From positions 188,878 through 252,877 of IMG/VR virus record IMGVR_UViG_3300025030_000039: a stretch of DNA of 64,000 nt; one strand, 5' to 3'. This DNA is from a virus. Each line of letters begins with the position of its first letter. Position 1 is the first letter of the stretch. Positions 37,023-46,014 of the stretch are shown here, in pieces. A model generated the notes under the pieces. It was given only the letters and a program-made list of their open reading frames with translations, was not told the DNA's origin and ran no database searches. A program made the translations under genes and the position numbers.

Positions 37023-37583
37023 ATGAAAAATCAAACTTTAATTAACATTGCTAAAAGCATTTTAAAAGAATTATTATCTCAATGTACTGAAGAAGAACAA
37101 TTACAATTTAAACGAATGTATTCAAACAATCATTTAGATATGCCCATAAATGAAGTAGTTGATAAAATGAATATTGAAAATATAGATTGGGCAATTTCTC
37201 AATGTGAAAGAACAATTGAAAAGAAAAATAAAATAAAAGAAGAAAATTCTTATAAGCAAAAAGAAATTTGGGAAAACATTTTCAGCGAATTGGAAAATAA
37301 ATGTTTAAATGCTACTACAGTAATAAATCATTTAAATGAAAATTATACAATATTAAAAAATGATTTTAAATCAGAAATAAGTTATAAATTAGAAAAACAA
37401 ATAATTGATGGAGTATGGCGTGATACTACTTATAAAAGTTATATTTCTCCTAAAAAAGCAATTGCAGCATATAATGCGATGCCTTATCATAGTATAGAAC
37501 TAGATAAAAAAAATGATATGCAATTTAGAATAAAAGAAATACATTCAATAATAACAGAAAAAATTTCTGACTTTAAAATTTAA
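37023..37583 (+). CDS. hypothetical protein (186 aa)
   Basis: Track ORF. Confidence 0.45.
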   Translation: MKNQTLINIAKSILKELLSQCTEEEQLQFKRMYSNNHLDMPINEVVDKMNIENIDWAISQCERTIEKKNKIKEENSYKQKEIWENIFSELENKCLNATTVINHLNENYTILKNDFKSEISYKLEKQIIDGVWRDTTYKSYISPKKAIAAYNAMPYHSIELDKKNDMQFRIKEIHSIITEKISDFKI

Positions 37584-37587
37584 TTTT

Positions 37588-38433
37588 ATGGGACGTAACG
37601 ATAGAAATCAAGATTATTCTAAAGAGAATTATAAATTCGCCCAGGTTGATGAAAATATAATTTATCAATTAATAGATCAAAATCCTAAAATTTTTAAAAA
37701 GGGAAAATCTTTAGAAAAATCTTCAACAATTTGGAAAATCAATATTAATGTTAAAAAAGGATATTTAATTTCTATTTTAAATATTATTTGTTCATCTGAT
37801 AGATACAAATGGTTTGATAATTTAAATAATGAAGTAGGAAGCGTTTATTTATATAGAAAAGAATTTAAAAATGTCGAAAAACCTATATTTTATATCATTA
37901 TCTACAGATATGGAATTAGATTTGAATTTTCAGAATTATTTGATGGAACTAGTAACGGTTTGCCTAGAACAAATAGAATTATAACAGATGAAGAAGAAAA
38001 ATTAATGATAAGTAATATTAATAATAATATTAATTTAACTCACATAAAGCATATCATTAATAAATATTCTAAATTTTCTAATAATACTATACTAAATATT
38101 TATGAAGATATACAAATGAATGAAGTATTTAGCTCATTATTTAAATATATTAAAAAGTTTAAATTATATAAAAATATTGATATTAAAAATTTAAAAAATC
38201 TTTTTAATGCTTTTATCATTACATCTGAAGATATTCGTGTAGCTGTGTATGATAATATTAATAACATATTAATAGAATTATTTAAACTAATTGGAGATTA
38301 TTATTATAAATATTTAGAATATTTTATTGATAATGATCCAATTAAATATATCGAATTTATAAAAATTTGCAATAAAAAAATTCGTACAAAATATGAACAT
38401 TTATTTAATGCTGAAGATTTTAGTTTAATTTAA
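37588..38433 (+). CDS. hypothetical protein (281 aa)
   Basis: Track ORF. Confidence 0.45.
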   Translation: MGRNDRNQDYSKENYKFAQVDENIIYQLIDQNPKIFKKGKSLEKSSTIWKININVKKGYLISILNIICSSDRYKWFDNLNNEVGSVYLYRKEFKNVEKPIFYIIIYRYGIRFEFSELFDGTSNGLPRTNRIITDEEEKLMISNINNNINLTHIKHIINKYSKFSNNTILNIYEDIQMNEVFSSLFKYIKKFKLYKNIDIKNLKNLFNAFIITSEDIRVAVYDNINNILIELFKLIGDYYYKYLEYFIDNDPIKYIEFIKICNKKIRTKYEHLFNAEDFSLI

Positions 38434-38441
38434 AAATACTT

Positions 38442-38654
38442 ATGATTAAAAATTTTATTTTAACAGTCTTAACAATAGACTTAAATAGTCCTTACATAAA
38501 ACATGGGAGTTGGATTTTAATGACTATTATTTTTCTTATTGTTTTTGGTTATTTTAACAGTAATAAAAGTAGAGGAATTGATAGTTTATCAAATGGAATA
38601 TTTACAATATTTTGTTATTTAATTTCATGGATAATTTGGTTAATAATTTATTAA
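38442..38654 (+). CDS. small membrane protein (two TM segments)
   Basis: Track ORF, hydrophobic. Confidence 0.35.
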   Translation: MIKNFILTVLTIDLNSPYIKHGSWILMTIIFLIVFGYFNSNKSRGIDSLSNGIFTIFCYLISWIIWLIIY

Positions 38655-38655
38655 T

Positions 38656-39036
38656 ATGAGAAAATTTACAGAAGGCTATATTTTAGAGGAAGATGAATTT
38701 CTTTTAAAGATTTCAGGATCTGGATATCGTGAACATAATGCTAATAAAGGATTTTTAACAAAATTTACGCAAAAAGGAAAAATTCCTTTACCTTTTAAAA
38801 ATTGGCATCCAGACCTTGACATATATGTAGTTAAAGAGGAATTTCGAAAAGGATGGAAAATCGTTGGCTTTAGAGAAGGAATGAGTACAACTTGGGTAAT
38901 ATTAGTTCATCCGAATAATTATACTCTTGAAATTAATATTAGTAATTTTATAAATTTACTTAAAGAAATAACAATTGATAAAGGTGAACTAATAGGAGAA
39001 TTTAGATGGGAAGATCATAATTTAATTCAAAAATAA
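38656..39036 (+). CDS. hypothetical protein (126 aa)
   Basis: Track ORF. Confidence 0.4.
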   Translation: MRKFTEGYILEEDEFLLKISGSGYREHNANKGFLTKFTQKGKIPLPFKNWHPDLDIYVVKEEFRKGWKIVGFREGMSTTWVILVHPNNYTLEINISNFINLLKEITIDKGELIGEFRWEDHNLIQK

Positions 39037-39067
39037 TATTCAAATTTATGCAAATAATTAAAATAAT

Positions 39068-39334
39068 ATGAAAAACCTTTTAAAAATAAAAACACTTCTA
39101 AAAAATATTCCAGAAAAAGTATTATATGATTTTGATTTATTGAAATTATTAAGAGAAGTTCAAATTAATGCTGTAGAAGTATCATTAGAATTAGCGGCTA
39201 AATCAGCTACGACTAAAGATGATCCTAATTCTTATGCCGGAAATACTGGAAGTGAATGTTCTGCTGATATCATAGTTGATACAAAATCAATATTAGATTG
39301 TAGACAAACTTTAATTAATCAAATTTATGAATAG
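39068..39334 (+). CDS. hypothetical protein (88 aa)
   Basis: Track ORF. Confidence 0.35.
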   Translation: MKNLLKIKTLLKNIPEKVLYDFDLLKLLREVQINAVEVSLELAAKSATTKDDPNSYAGNTGSECSADIIVDTKSILDCRQTLINQIYE

Positions 39335-39839
39335 AAATTGGAGTAGAAAAGATCGTCATACTAGAAGAAAAATAAAAGGTATTATTGATAAAATAGAATT
39401 TGCTACTAAAGATATGCCTATAATACTTGAAGTTGTTGCATGTGGTTCTTATAGAAGGCAGTTTGATTATTGTGGTGATTTAAATATGTTATTTAAATTA
39501 TCAAATATTGATAAAGTTGGAGATGTTATTCCTATACTTATAAATAAAATAGGACCTGATGAAATATTAACACATGGAAAAAAGAAATCAAATATTTTAA
39601 TAAATAAAGTTCAAATTGATTTAAATTTCTCAAGTGTTGAATCATGGCCTTATGCTTTATTACATCATACTGGATCAGTCGAAGAAAGTATTAGGTTACG
39701 AAAAGTAGCAAAAAATAAAAATTTAAAACTAAATGAAAAAGGATTATATAATGAAAATGATGAATTAATTAAATTATCTTCAGAAAGAGATATTTATAAT
39801 TATTTAGGTATTGAATATAGAAGTCCAGAAAATAGATAA
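39327..39839 (+). CDS. minimal DNA polymerase X-like nucleotidyltransferase (palm and thumb only, 170 aa)
   Basis: VACGSYRRQFDYCGDLNML matches the Pol-beta GS.RRG...GDxD motif with the second Asp replaced by Asn. IDLNF, LLHHTGS, LNEKGLY and ERDIYNYLGIEYRSPENR match the Pol-beta palm and thumb motifs. The size recalls the ~174-aa minimal Pol X of African swine fever virus. Confidence 0.65.
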   Translation: MNRNWSRKDRHTRRKIKGIIDKIEFATKDMPIILEVVACGSYRRQFDYCGDLNMLFKLSNIDKVGDVIPILINKIGPDEILTHGKKKSNILINKVQIDLNFSSVESWPYALLHHTGSVEESIRLRKVAKNKNLKLNEKGLYNENDELIKLSSERDIYNYLGIEYRSPENR

Positions 39840-40251
39840 AACAATGGAAATTTTAGAAAAGATATTTTTAAGAAAAGCTAAGAAAAAATATTATACAAGT
39901 TTAAGTCCTAATATTGCAATAGAACATATTGTATATAATTTTTTTAATGATGAAATAATTATTCCGTCAGGATATATTAGTGATGAAATTCAGTTTGTAT
40001 TAAATGATTTATATTTTAATTATAAAAATAAAAATGATTTTAAATTTAGAATTATAAATTTTATGTATAAATATCATAAACAAAAAGAAACTAAACTAAA
40101 ATATAATTTAAGTCCTAAAGATAATAAAGTATGGGCATGGAATAAAAAAATGTGGAGAACTACAAAATATTTTTTAGGAATTAAATATTATGTTTATACT
40201 CTTATTAAACATAATCAAAAAGATTTAGAAATTAAATATTCATTTAAATGA
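39811..40251 (+). CDS. hypothetical protein (146 aa)
   Basis: Track ORF, the last of the plus run. Convergent with tnpB. Confidence 0.4.
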   Translation: MNIEVQKIDKTMEILEKIFLRKAKKKYYTSLSPNIAIEHIVYNFFNDEIIIPSGYISDEIQFVLNDLYFNYKNKNDFKFRIINFMYKYHKQKETKLKYNLSPKDNKVWAWNKKMWRTTKYFLGIKYYVYTLIKHNQKDLEIKYSFK

Positions 40252-40350
40252 AAAAAGAAGAAATAATAGGTACTACTGGTAAACTTGTTGATTTATTTAA
40301 AATATAAAATTCAATAAATTAAATAATTAATTATAAAAAAGTATAAATAT

Positions 40351-41673
40351 CTATATTTTGTCTATAAAGACATAATTAAGAACCATACTTTTATGTGAAT
40401 TTTGCTTAAAAACATCAAACTCATGTAAACACTCATCCAATGAAACTCGATATTTCAATCTCGAATTTTTTACAACCTCAATATAAAATCCCTTCCAATC
40501 CTTAAACGATGTAACCATTTCCTTCCATCGGTGTTTCACATCAAAAACTGGATAAAACCCTACCTTGCTTTTCTTTATTCTATACTCGTACCCTCGTCTA
40601 GCAATCTCTATCGACGCATTTACCGCATCAGTATATTCGTATTGCATATTCCCTATAAAACTAGAATACGCTGGATTAACTTCATATAAACCAATACCTA
40701 ATACATTCAATCTTTTAGCCAAATTAGAAATAAATTTATCTCTCTTCCATAAATTTCTATTCTTTCGATTTCCTATTTTATTATGTTTTTGCTCTTTAGT
40801 TAATTTTTGCTTAAACTTCAAATCCTCAATATATACAGTCTTACAACCAAACTGTCTAGCAATCAATGATACAGATTTAGCAATCTCGATCGTTTCAAAA
40901 TTTAATTTATTCTGATAATACTTCATCTTAACAGAATCTGAACTTAATTTTTTACTTAAAATTTTATTAAAAATTAATTTCAAACTAAACTCTTGAGCAT
41001 GAATAACTTTATTATTTTCTAAAACGGAAATTCCAATTGTATCTGGATTCAAATCGATACCTAAATACCTATTTTCATTTAATTGCTTAATCTCTTTATT
41101 CTTAAACTCTTCGAAACTTATATAAACATACTTCATATCAAATCGAACAGAATATGTATATCCATGCTCATTATATTTAACTTCATTTAATTGTTGAAGC
41201 CTAAACAACTCTTTCTTTATATTATTCCTTAAATTAGGTAATTCAAGTTCTATATGTTTAACTTTATTTAACTTAAATATTATTTTATTATTCTCTATAA
41301 TATTCAACTTAAAACTTCTATTTCCTTTTTTTAATACTTCGCCTTGAATATTTAATGGACTCAATCGTTTTAAATCAAATTCTTCTTTAGAAATTTTGTC
41401 TTTTAATCTATTAATAAAATTAAACTTTCCACCAAATACAACTTTAATATCTTCAAACCTCTTCTGCATTGCTTTACCATCCAATATAGCACATTGAACT
41501 AACCAAGAGTTAAGCAAATCAACATTACTTAACTCTTTAGTCAATAATCTTATTTCCTTCTCATTCTTACCCTCGAGAAATCGATTATAACTATACCTTA
41601 CAACATTAGAGTATTGCTTAAGTATAGAAGTTAAATCTTCATCAGTTTTATATGGTAACTTAATTGTTTTCAA
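40351..41673 (-). CDS. tnpB: TnpB-like RuvC-fold nuclease (OrfB; IS605/IS607 accessory protein), zinc-finger-less variant with TTG start
   Basis: RuvC-I is YLGIDLNPDTIGISV. RuvC-II Glu is in KTVYIEDLKF. RuvC-III is VNPAYSS...YTDAVNASIEIARRG. The usual CxxC...CxxC zinc finger between RuvC-II and RuvC-III is absent. The first in-frame codon after two TAA stops that could start translation is TTG at 41673. Confidence 0.8.
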   Translation of the reverse strand: MKTIKLPYKTDEDLTSILKQYSNVVRYSYNRFLEGKNEKEIRLLTKELSNVDLLNSWLVQCAILDGKAMQKRFEDIKVVFGGKFNFINRLKDKISKEEFDLKRLSPLNIQGEVLKKGNRSFKLNIIENNKIIFKLNKVKHIELELPNLRNNIKKELFRLQQLNEVKYNEHGYTYSVRFDMKYVYISFEEFKNKEIKQLNENRYLGIDLNPDTIGISVLENNKVIHAQEFSLKLIFNKILSKKLSSDSVKMKYYQNKLNFETIEIAKSVSLIARQFGCKTVYIEDLKFKQKLTKEQKHNKIGNRKNRNLWKRDKFISNLAKRLNVLGIGLYEVNPAYSSFIGNMQYEYTDAVNASIEIARRGYEYRIKKSKVGFYPVFDVKHRWKEMVTSFKDWKGFYIEVVKNSRLKYRVSLDECLHEFDVFKQNSHKSMVLNYVFIDKI

Positions 41674-41675
41674 TC

Positions 41676-41840
41676 TTATTTATTAATTAATGCTTTTATA
41701 TCTTTATCTTTTATAAAATTCAAACCACCAATCTTTACAAAATTCAACACACCCTTTTCCTTCCAATTATATAAAGTCTGTCTAGTAACATTAAATTCTT
41801 TACATACCTTCGATAGTTTTAATAACTTAAAATCTTCCAT
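41676..41840 (-). CDS. 54-aa MerR-like HTH protein resembling the N-terminus of IS607 TnpA serine recombinase (catalytic domain absent)
   Basis: MEDFKLLKLSKVCKEFNVTRQTLYNWKEKGVLNFVKIGGLNFIKDKDIKALINK matches the IS607 TnpA N-terminal pattern (...TLRRWDREGKL...). Its stop lies 2 nt before the tnpB TTG, in a different frame. Confidence 0.55.
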   Translation of the reverse strand: MEDFKLLKLSKVCKEFNVTRQTLYNWKEKGVLNFVKIGGLNFIKDKDIKALINK

Positions 41841-41968
41841 TGCTTAAAATATTAATTTATTTTATATATCATCAAGCCTTTATAGTTTTATATAAAATTT
41901 AGTTATATTTTTAAATTAAAAACTTTAATATTATATTTAATTATTAAATTTATATAAATTATAACAAA

Positions 41969-42304
41969 TTGATATTAGATAATAATAAAGAATTAACTCA
42001 AAAAGAATGGAATGCTCTTTGTATAATTCATAAATTAACATTAAGACTTGATATTGGTATAAGATTTGACTGGTCAAAATCAATTGATGTTAAACATAAA
42101 AGTATATCACAGATTATTGATGAAAGTGTTTTTTTAAATAAAGAAACTAAAAAAATTATTATAAGTAAATCTAAAAGTTTTTACGGTAACCATGGTAGAA
42201 TATCATGTAATTGGTATAGATGTACTAAATGCAATTCAACAACTATACTGGAACTTGATAAATATTGTTCTAAATGTGGTACAGAATTAATTTGGGAAGA
42301 ATAA
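41969..42304 (+). CDS. Zn-ribbon hypothetical protein (CTKCNS...CSKCG)
   Basis: Track ORF. The promoter-like motif AAAACTTTAATATTATATTTAA is at 41918-41940. Confidence 0.45.
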   Translation: MILDNNKELTQKEWNALCIIHKLTLRLDIGIRFDWSKSIDVKHKSISQIIDESVFLNKETKKIIISKSKSFYGNHGRISCNWYRCTKCNSTTILELDKYCSKCGTELIWEE

Positions 42305-42336
42305 TTACGAAATATATTTACTTAGATTAAAAAATT

Positions 42337-42711
42337 ATGTATATTAAATATATAGAGCAAAAAATTTCATATGCTAGTACAGTTATTGATAATACGTATT
42401 TAATCAATACTTCAGAAATATTTTCAATTAAATGTACTAAAAGAACTGAAGAATATACAAAGCCTGGAGGTTTTTCAGAAGTATATTTAAAAGAGTTTGG
42501 ATTTATTACTATCTATAAAACTGATAAAATGTATCATCAATTTAATTTTACTAGTCATAAAAATACCGATGAATTTATAATGAAATTAGAAGAATATATA
42601 ATTAATAATGAATCAATTGTTAAAGAAATTATAATTGAACACGAAGTAGTAGAAAGACCTAAATTTCCTGATAAAGAAAATTCTAATACATTCGATATAA
42701 AAATAAATTAA
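42337..42711 (+). CDS. hypothetical protein (124 aa)
   Basis: Track ORF. Confidence 0.4.
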   Translation: MYIKYIEQKISYASTVIDNTYLINTSEIFSIKCTKRTEEYTKPGGFSEVYLKEFGFITIYKTDKMYHQFNFTSHKNTDEFIMKLEEYIINNESIVKEIIIEHEVVERPKFPDKENSNTFDIKIN

Positions 42712-42715
42712 ATAA

Positions 42716-43168
42716 ATGGAAGCTTTTGAAAAATTAGAAAAAGTTCTTAATCATATACAAAACGTTCAGAGAATTGCACAAAAACTTGGTATCATTTTAA
42801 TTAAAAAAGGTGAACAAGAATTAGGAAGAAATCTTATAGCAAATGCGCAAATACATGATAATAGTAAATTAAAAGGTATTGAATTTGAACATTTATTTGC
42901 AGGCGATGAATTATTAAATGTTACAATTAAACATCATCATACAACAAATCCTCATCATCCTGAATATTGGGGAGATATTAAAAATATGCCAGATGTTTAT
43001 ATAGCTGAAATGATATGCGATTTTATATCTAGATCTACGGAATTCGGTACAAGTGTTAGAGAATGGATAGAAAAAAATGCAACAAAAAAATATTCATTTG
43101 AAATGACTGATGAAATCGGTATAAAAATAAGTTATTTTATGAATTTAGTTTTAGATAAACCTTTTTGA
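42716..43168 (+). CDS. possible HD-domain phosphohydrolase
   Basis: NHIQNV...IHDNSK (H...HD) followed by His-rich HHHTTNPHHPE and an Asp in MICDF. The pattern is compatible with an HD metal-binding site. The match is weak. Confidence 0.4.
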   Translation: MEAFEKLEKVLNHIQNVQRIAQKLGIILIKKGEQELGRNLIANAQIHDNSKLKGIEFEHLFAGDELLNVTIKHHHTTNPHHPEYWGDIKNMPDVYIAEMICDFISRSTEFGTSVREWIEKNATKKYSFEMTDEIGIKISYFMNLVLDKPF

Positions 43169-43345
43169 AATGATTGAAATAGGAAAAATTTATACTTATA
43201 AGGATGGTAGATCTGTTATAGTTATACAAAAAAGTGATAAACAATTAAGAGCAGAAGTATCAGATGATATAGAAAACAAATGGAATCCATTTTGGATATA
43301 CTATTCTGATTTAATTTTTATACTTTAAATAAAATTTTTAAATTT

Positions 43346-43367
43346 AAAACTTTTTTATTATATTTAC
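43346..43367 (+). promoter_or_regulatory. class A promoter-like motif (AAAACTTTTTTATTATATTTAC)
   Basis: It sits about 30 nt before the ATG at 43399. Confidence 0.45.
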
Positions 43368-43398
43368 ATATTATTTAATTTAAATCTGTTATTATACT

Positions 43399-43740
43399 AT
43401 GCTAAAACCTGAACATATATATTTTCATATTTTAGATTCAGATATAATAGGTCATATAGAAGTCGTTATAACTCCTATTGAAATATTTAATAAAGTTAAG
43501 TTTATTTCAAGCATAAAAACATATCCTGAACTTAAAAATATTTTTAATGAATTAGAATTAGAATTTATTGATTCTTCAAGACTTATTCATAATGGTATTT
43601 TAACAAAAGAAGAATTAAATGATAAAATGCTTTCTTTAGGATTTAAAACAAACGAAGAATTTAAAGAAATAACAGAAAGTTTTTTTGAAATTGAATACGT
43701 TCCAAAATCAATTGAAGAATTAAAAAATTTAATAAAATGA
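43399..43740 (+). CDS. hypothetical protein (113 aa)
   Basis: Track ORF. Confidence 0.4.
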   Translation: MLKPEHIYFHILDSDIIGHIEVVITPIEIFNKVKFISSIKTYPELKNIFNELELEFIDSSRLIHNGILTKEELNDKMLSLGFKTNEEFKEITESFFEIEYVPKSIEELKNLIK

Positions 43741-43970
43741 AAATATTATTTTTACTTTTAAGTATTATTATTTTAACATCTTGTAGTGTATCAACATCAA
43801 AAATTGATGCTAATAAATTTAATACTAATGATATTACATATATAGAAGATACTAGAACTGGTGTATGTTATGCTATAATAGCTGTTCAAAAAGGTGGAAA
43901 TTTTGAACAAAATGGAATTGGATTTACAGAAGTTCCTTGTGATAAAGTAAAAGAATATTTAAATAAATAA
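43737..43970 (+). CDS. lipoprotein (MKILFLLLSIIILTSCS)
   Basis: Signal peptide plus lipobox Cys. Confidence 0.45.
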   Translation: MKILFLLLSIIILTSCSVSTSKIDANKFNTNDITYIEDTRTGVCYAIIAVQKGGNFEQNGIGFTEVPCDKVKEYLNK

Positions 43971-44011
43971 ACAATATTTATTAATCTCATATAAATTTAA
44001 AATAATTACAT

Positions 44012-44452
44012 ATGAAAATTGCTAAAGGTCTTAAAATAAAAAATGAGTTAAAAATAAAATTATCTCATCTTCAATCTCTTTTAATACAACATAATTCTTC
44101 AATCGTTGGATCAACTAATGATTATAATACAGAAGAAGTATTAAAAGAATATATTGAGGTAAGAGATAAACTTATTTTACTTAAAACAAATTTACAAAAG
44201 GCTACTTTACCTATTTATCAAAAAATATTTCGTATTTCTGAATTGAAAGCTACAATTAAAGCGTTAAGAAGTATGAATACAATATCTGGTAAAACAGTTA
44301 ATTCTAGATATGGCGGTAGTGAAGTTATTGAAAATATAGCAACAATTGGTAACTTAGCTGTCGATAAAAAAGTTAAAGATATTGAATTTGAAATTTCAAA
44401 TTTACAAGATGAAATTGATGAATTCAACAATACTACTAATTTTGAATTTTAA
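44012..44452 (+). CDS. coiled-coil hypothetical protein (146 aa)
   Basis: Track ORF. Confidence 0.4.
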   Translation: MKIAKGLKIKNELKIKLSHLQSLLIQHNSSIVGSTNDYNTEEVLKEYIEVRDKLILLKTNLQKATLPIYQKIFRISELKATIKALRSMNTISGKTVNSRYGGSEVIENIATIGNLAVDKKVKDIEFEISNLQDEIDEFNNTTNFEF

Positions 44453-44677
44453 TTTATTATTGGTATAGGGAACAGCGAAAGTGATTAATTATTACATTAC
44501 CCAGCAAGGTAAAACTTAAATTCTGACATTTAGATAACGTTAAAGATAATGAATTCAAAATTTATTCTTTATAATTCAAATATTCAAAATTTAAAATTTA
44601 AAAATCATCTTTGTAAATTTTAATTATTATTAGCTGTTTCCGTTTTTAAAACAAATAAATATATAAATAATAAAATA

Positions 44678-44922
44678 ATGAACAAGATACAGCGATGGAG
44701 TTATCCAAAAGTGTATACTAAATTAAATTTATTGGCTGAGGAAGAAGGTTTCTTTATTAAGCAGGTGAATCCAGCATATACTAGTCAGACTTGTTCAGAA
44801 TGCGGGGAATATAGATAAAGAGAGTCCGTAAAGGTGAGGTTTATTTATGTTCGAGCTGTAAAATAGAGATTAATACAGCATTGAATATTTTGCATAGAGG
44901 AGTATATGGTCCCTCTAATTAA
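44678..44922 (+). pseudogene. tnpB: degraded C-terminal fragment of a second TnpB (retains the zinc finger and RuvC-III motif, with an in-frame stop and a frameshift)
   Basis: Reading across one stop and one frame change gives ...IQRWSYPKVYTKLNLLAEEEGFFIKQVNPAYTSQTCSECG(EYR*) then ...RKGEVYLCSSCKIEINTALNILHRG. This holds the canonical TnpB VNPAYTSQTCSxCG and NxAxNIL.RG motifs. Confidence 0.65.
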
Positions 44923-44985
44923 AAATAATTATAATAAATACAAATTATGCGATTTAAAATATCAAATACTGGCAAAGGAGCATTC

Positions 44986-45016
44986 CTTTTTTCTGTCTCG
45001 TAAAGAAACAGAAAAA
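44986..45016 (+). other. imperfect palindrome / hairpin downstream of the TnpB remnant (TTTTTTCTGTCTCG-TAAA-GAAACAGAAAAA)
   Basis: Seen directly in the sequence. It could be a relic right-end or omega-RNA scaffold, or a terminator. Confidence 0.3.
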
Positions 45017-45026
45017 TAAATGCTTT

Positions 45027-45518
45027 ATGGGAAAAACTTACATTCATATTCAAAAAGCTAAACATGGTTTGGCTTATATTGAATTTAATGATTATTTAGA
45101 ATTAAATAATGAATATTATGAGAAACTAGATCAAATTTATGATTCATTTGGATTGTATTCTAAATATTTACGACATTGTCATAGAAGTGGGGAAACAGAT
45201 TGGTTATTTACAACTCGTATTAAAAAACGAAATAAGATTGCTAATAAAGATATGCAATCACAGTTGAATGATTATTATGGAATTGAAGAAAAGAATTTAA
45301 ACAAATTTAGAGATAAATCACTCAAAGTATTTCAACTTAAAAAGAAATATGGTATACCATCATCTTATAGTTATTTTACTTTTAGTAAAAAATTCTCAAC
45401 ATTTAAAGGAGCTTTAAGAGCTGGAAAATCATCTATTAAAAATAATAGATATTTTGAATTTGAAATATTAGAAAATAATAAAATAATTTATAAAGAAAAT
45501 AAAAATGGAAGAAATTGA
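45027..45518 (+). CDS. hypothetical protein (163 aa)
   Basis: Track ORF. Confidence 0.45.
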   Translation: MGKTYIHIQKAKHGLAYIEFNDYLELNNEYYEKLDQIYDSFGLYSKYLRHCHRSGETDWLFTTRIKKRNKIANKDMQSQLNDYYGIEEKNLNKFRDKSLKVFQLKKKYGIPSSYSYFTFSKKFSTFKGALRAGKSSIKNNRYFEFEILENNKIIYKENKNGRN

Positions 45519-45969
45519 AGATTTAAAATTTGAATCAGAATTAAATAAAAAAAATACTTTAGAGGAAGTAAAAGAGTATTATGAACAAATTTATGCTAAA
45601 AGATTAACTAGTAGTTATACTATTAATATTGGAGGTCCTATATACAATAAATATTTAGTTAACTATTTAAAAAATAAAGTAAAATGGAGTGGTAAAGAAA
45701 TTTTATTTCTTAATACTTTAGTTAATAATTTAGAAGTAAATTTATCTAAAGATAATTTCAAATTACCTGCTATGTTTGTTGAAGGAATTGATCAATTTTT
45801 ATCTCGTCATGAGGGCTTTGGATGCGCTAGTGGTGATAAAATATTTAATATATTTGTGTCATTACAAAATGTAGTTTTATATTTAACAGAATTACAAAAT
45901 GAATTAAAAGCAACAAAAAATAAATTAATTCAATTAGAGACAGAACGAGCAAAAGTACAGATGGTTTAA
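45505..45969 (+). CDS. hypothetical protein (154 aa)
   Basis: Track ORF. Confidence 0.45.
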   Translation: MEEIEDLKFESELNKKNTLEEVKEYYEQIYAKRLTSSYTINIGGPIYNKYLVNYLKNKVKWSGKEILFLNTLVNNLEVNLSKDNFKLPAMFVEGIDQFLSRHEGFGCASGDKIFNIFVSLQNVVLYLTELQNELKATKNKLIQLETERAKVQMV

Positions 45970-46014
45970 TAAAGTACGAATTACGAAAAACGAATACTTA
46001 AAACAGTCAAAATA

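Larger units (their letters stand above)
40252..41900 (-). mobile_element. IS200/IS605/IS607-type insertion element (truncated TnpA HTH ORF plus tnpB); boundaries approximate
   Basis: A minus-strand two-gene unit interrupts two plus-strand gene runs. The upstream run's promoter motif AAAACTTTAATATTATATTTAA resumes at 41918. The ends of the element were not mapped. Confidence 0.5.

Noticed and set aside
41676-41679. Initial impression that the HTH ORF and tnpB are in the same frame, separated only by one TAA (possible read-through fusion).
   Set aside because: Careful codon indexing shows that the HTH stop (41678-41676) and the tnpB TTG (41673-41671) are 2 nt apart in different frames. The tnpB frame is preceded by two consecutive TAA codons. 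The genes are adjacent and possibly translationally coupled, but not an in-frame fusion.
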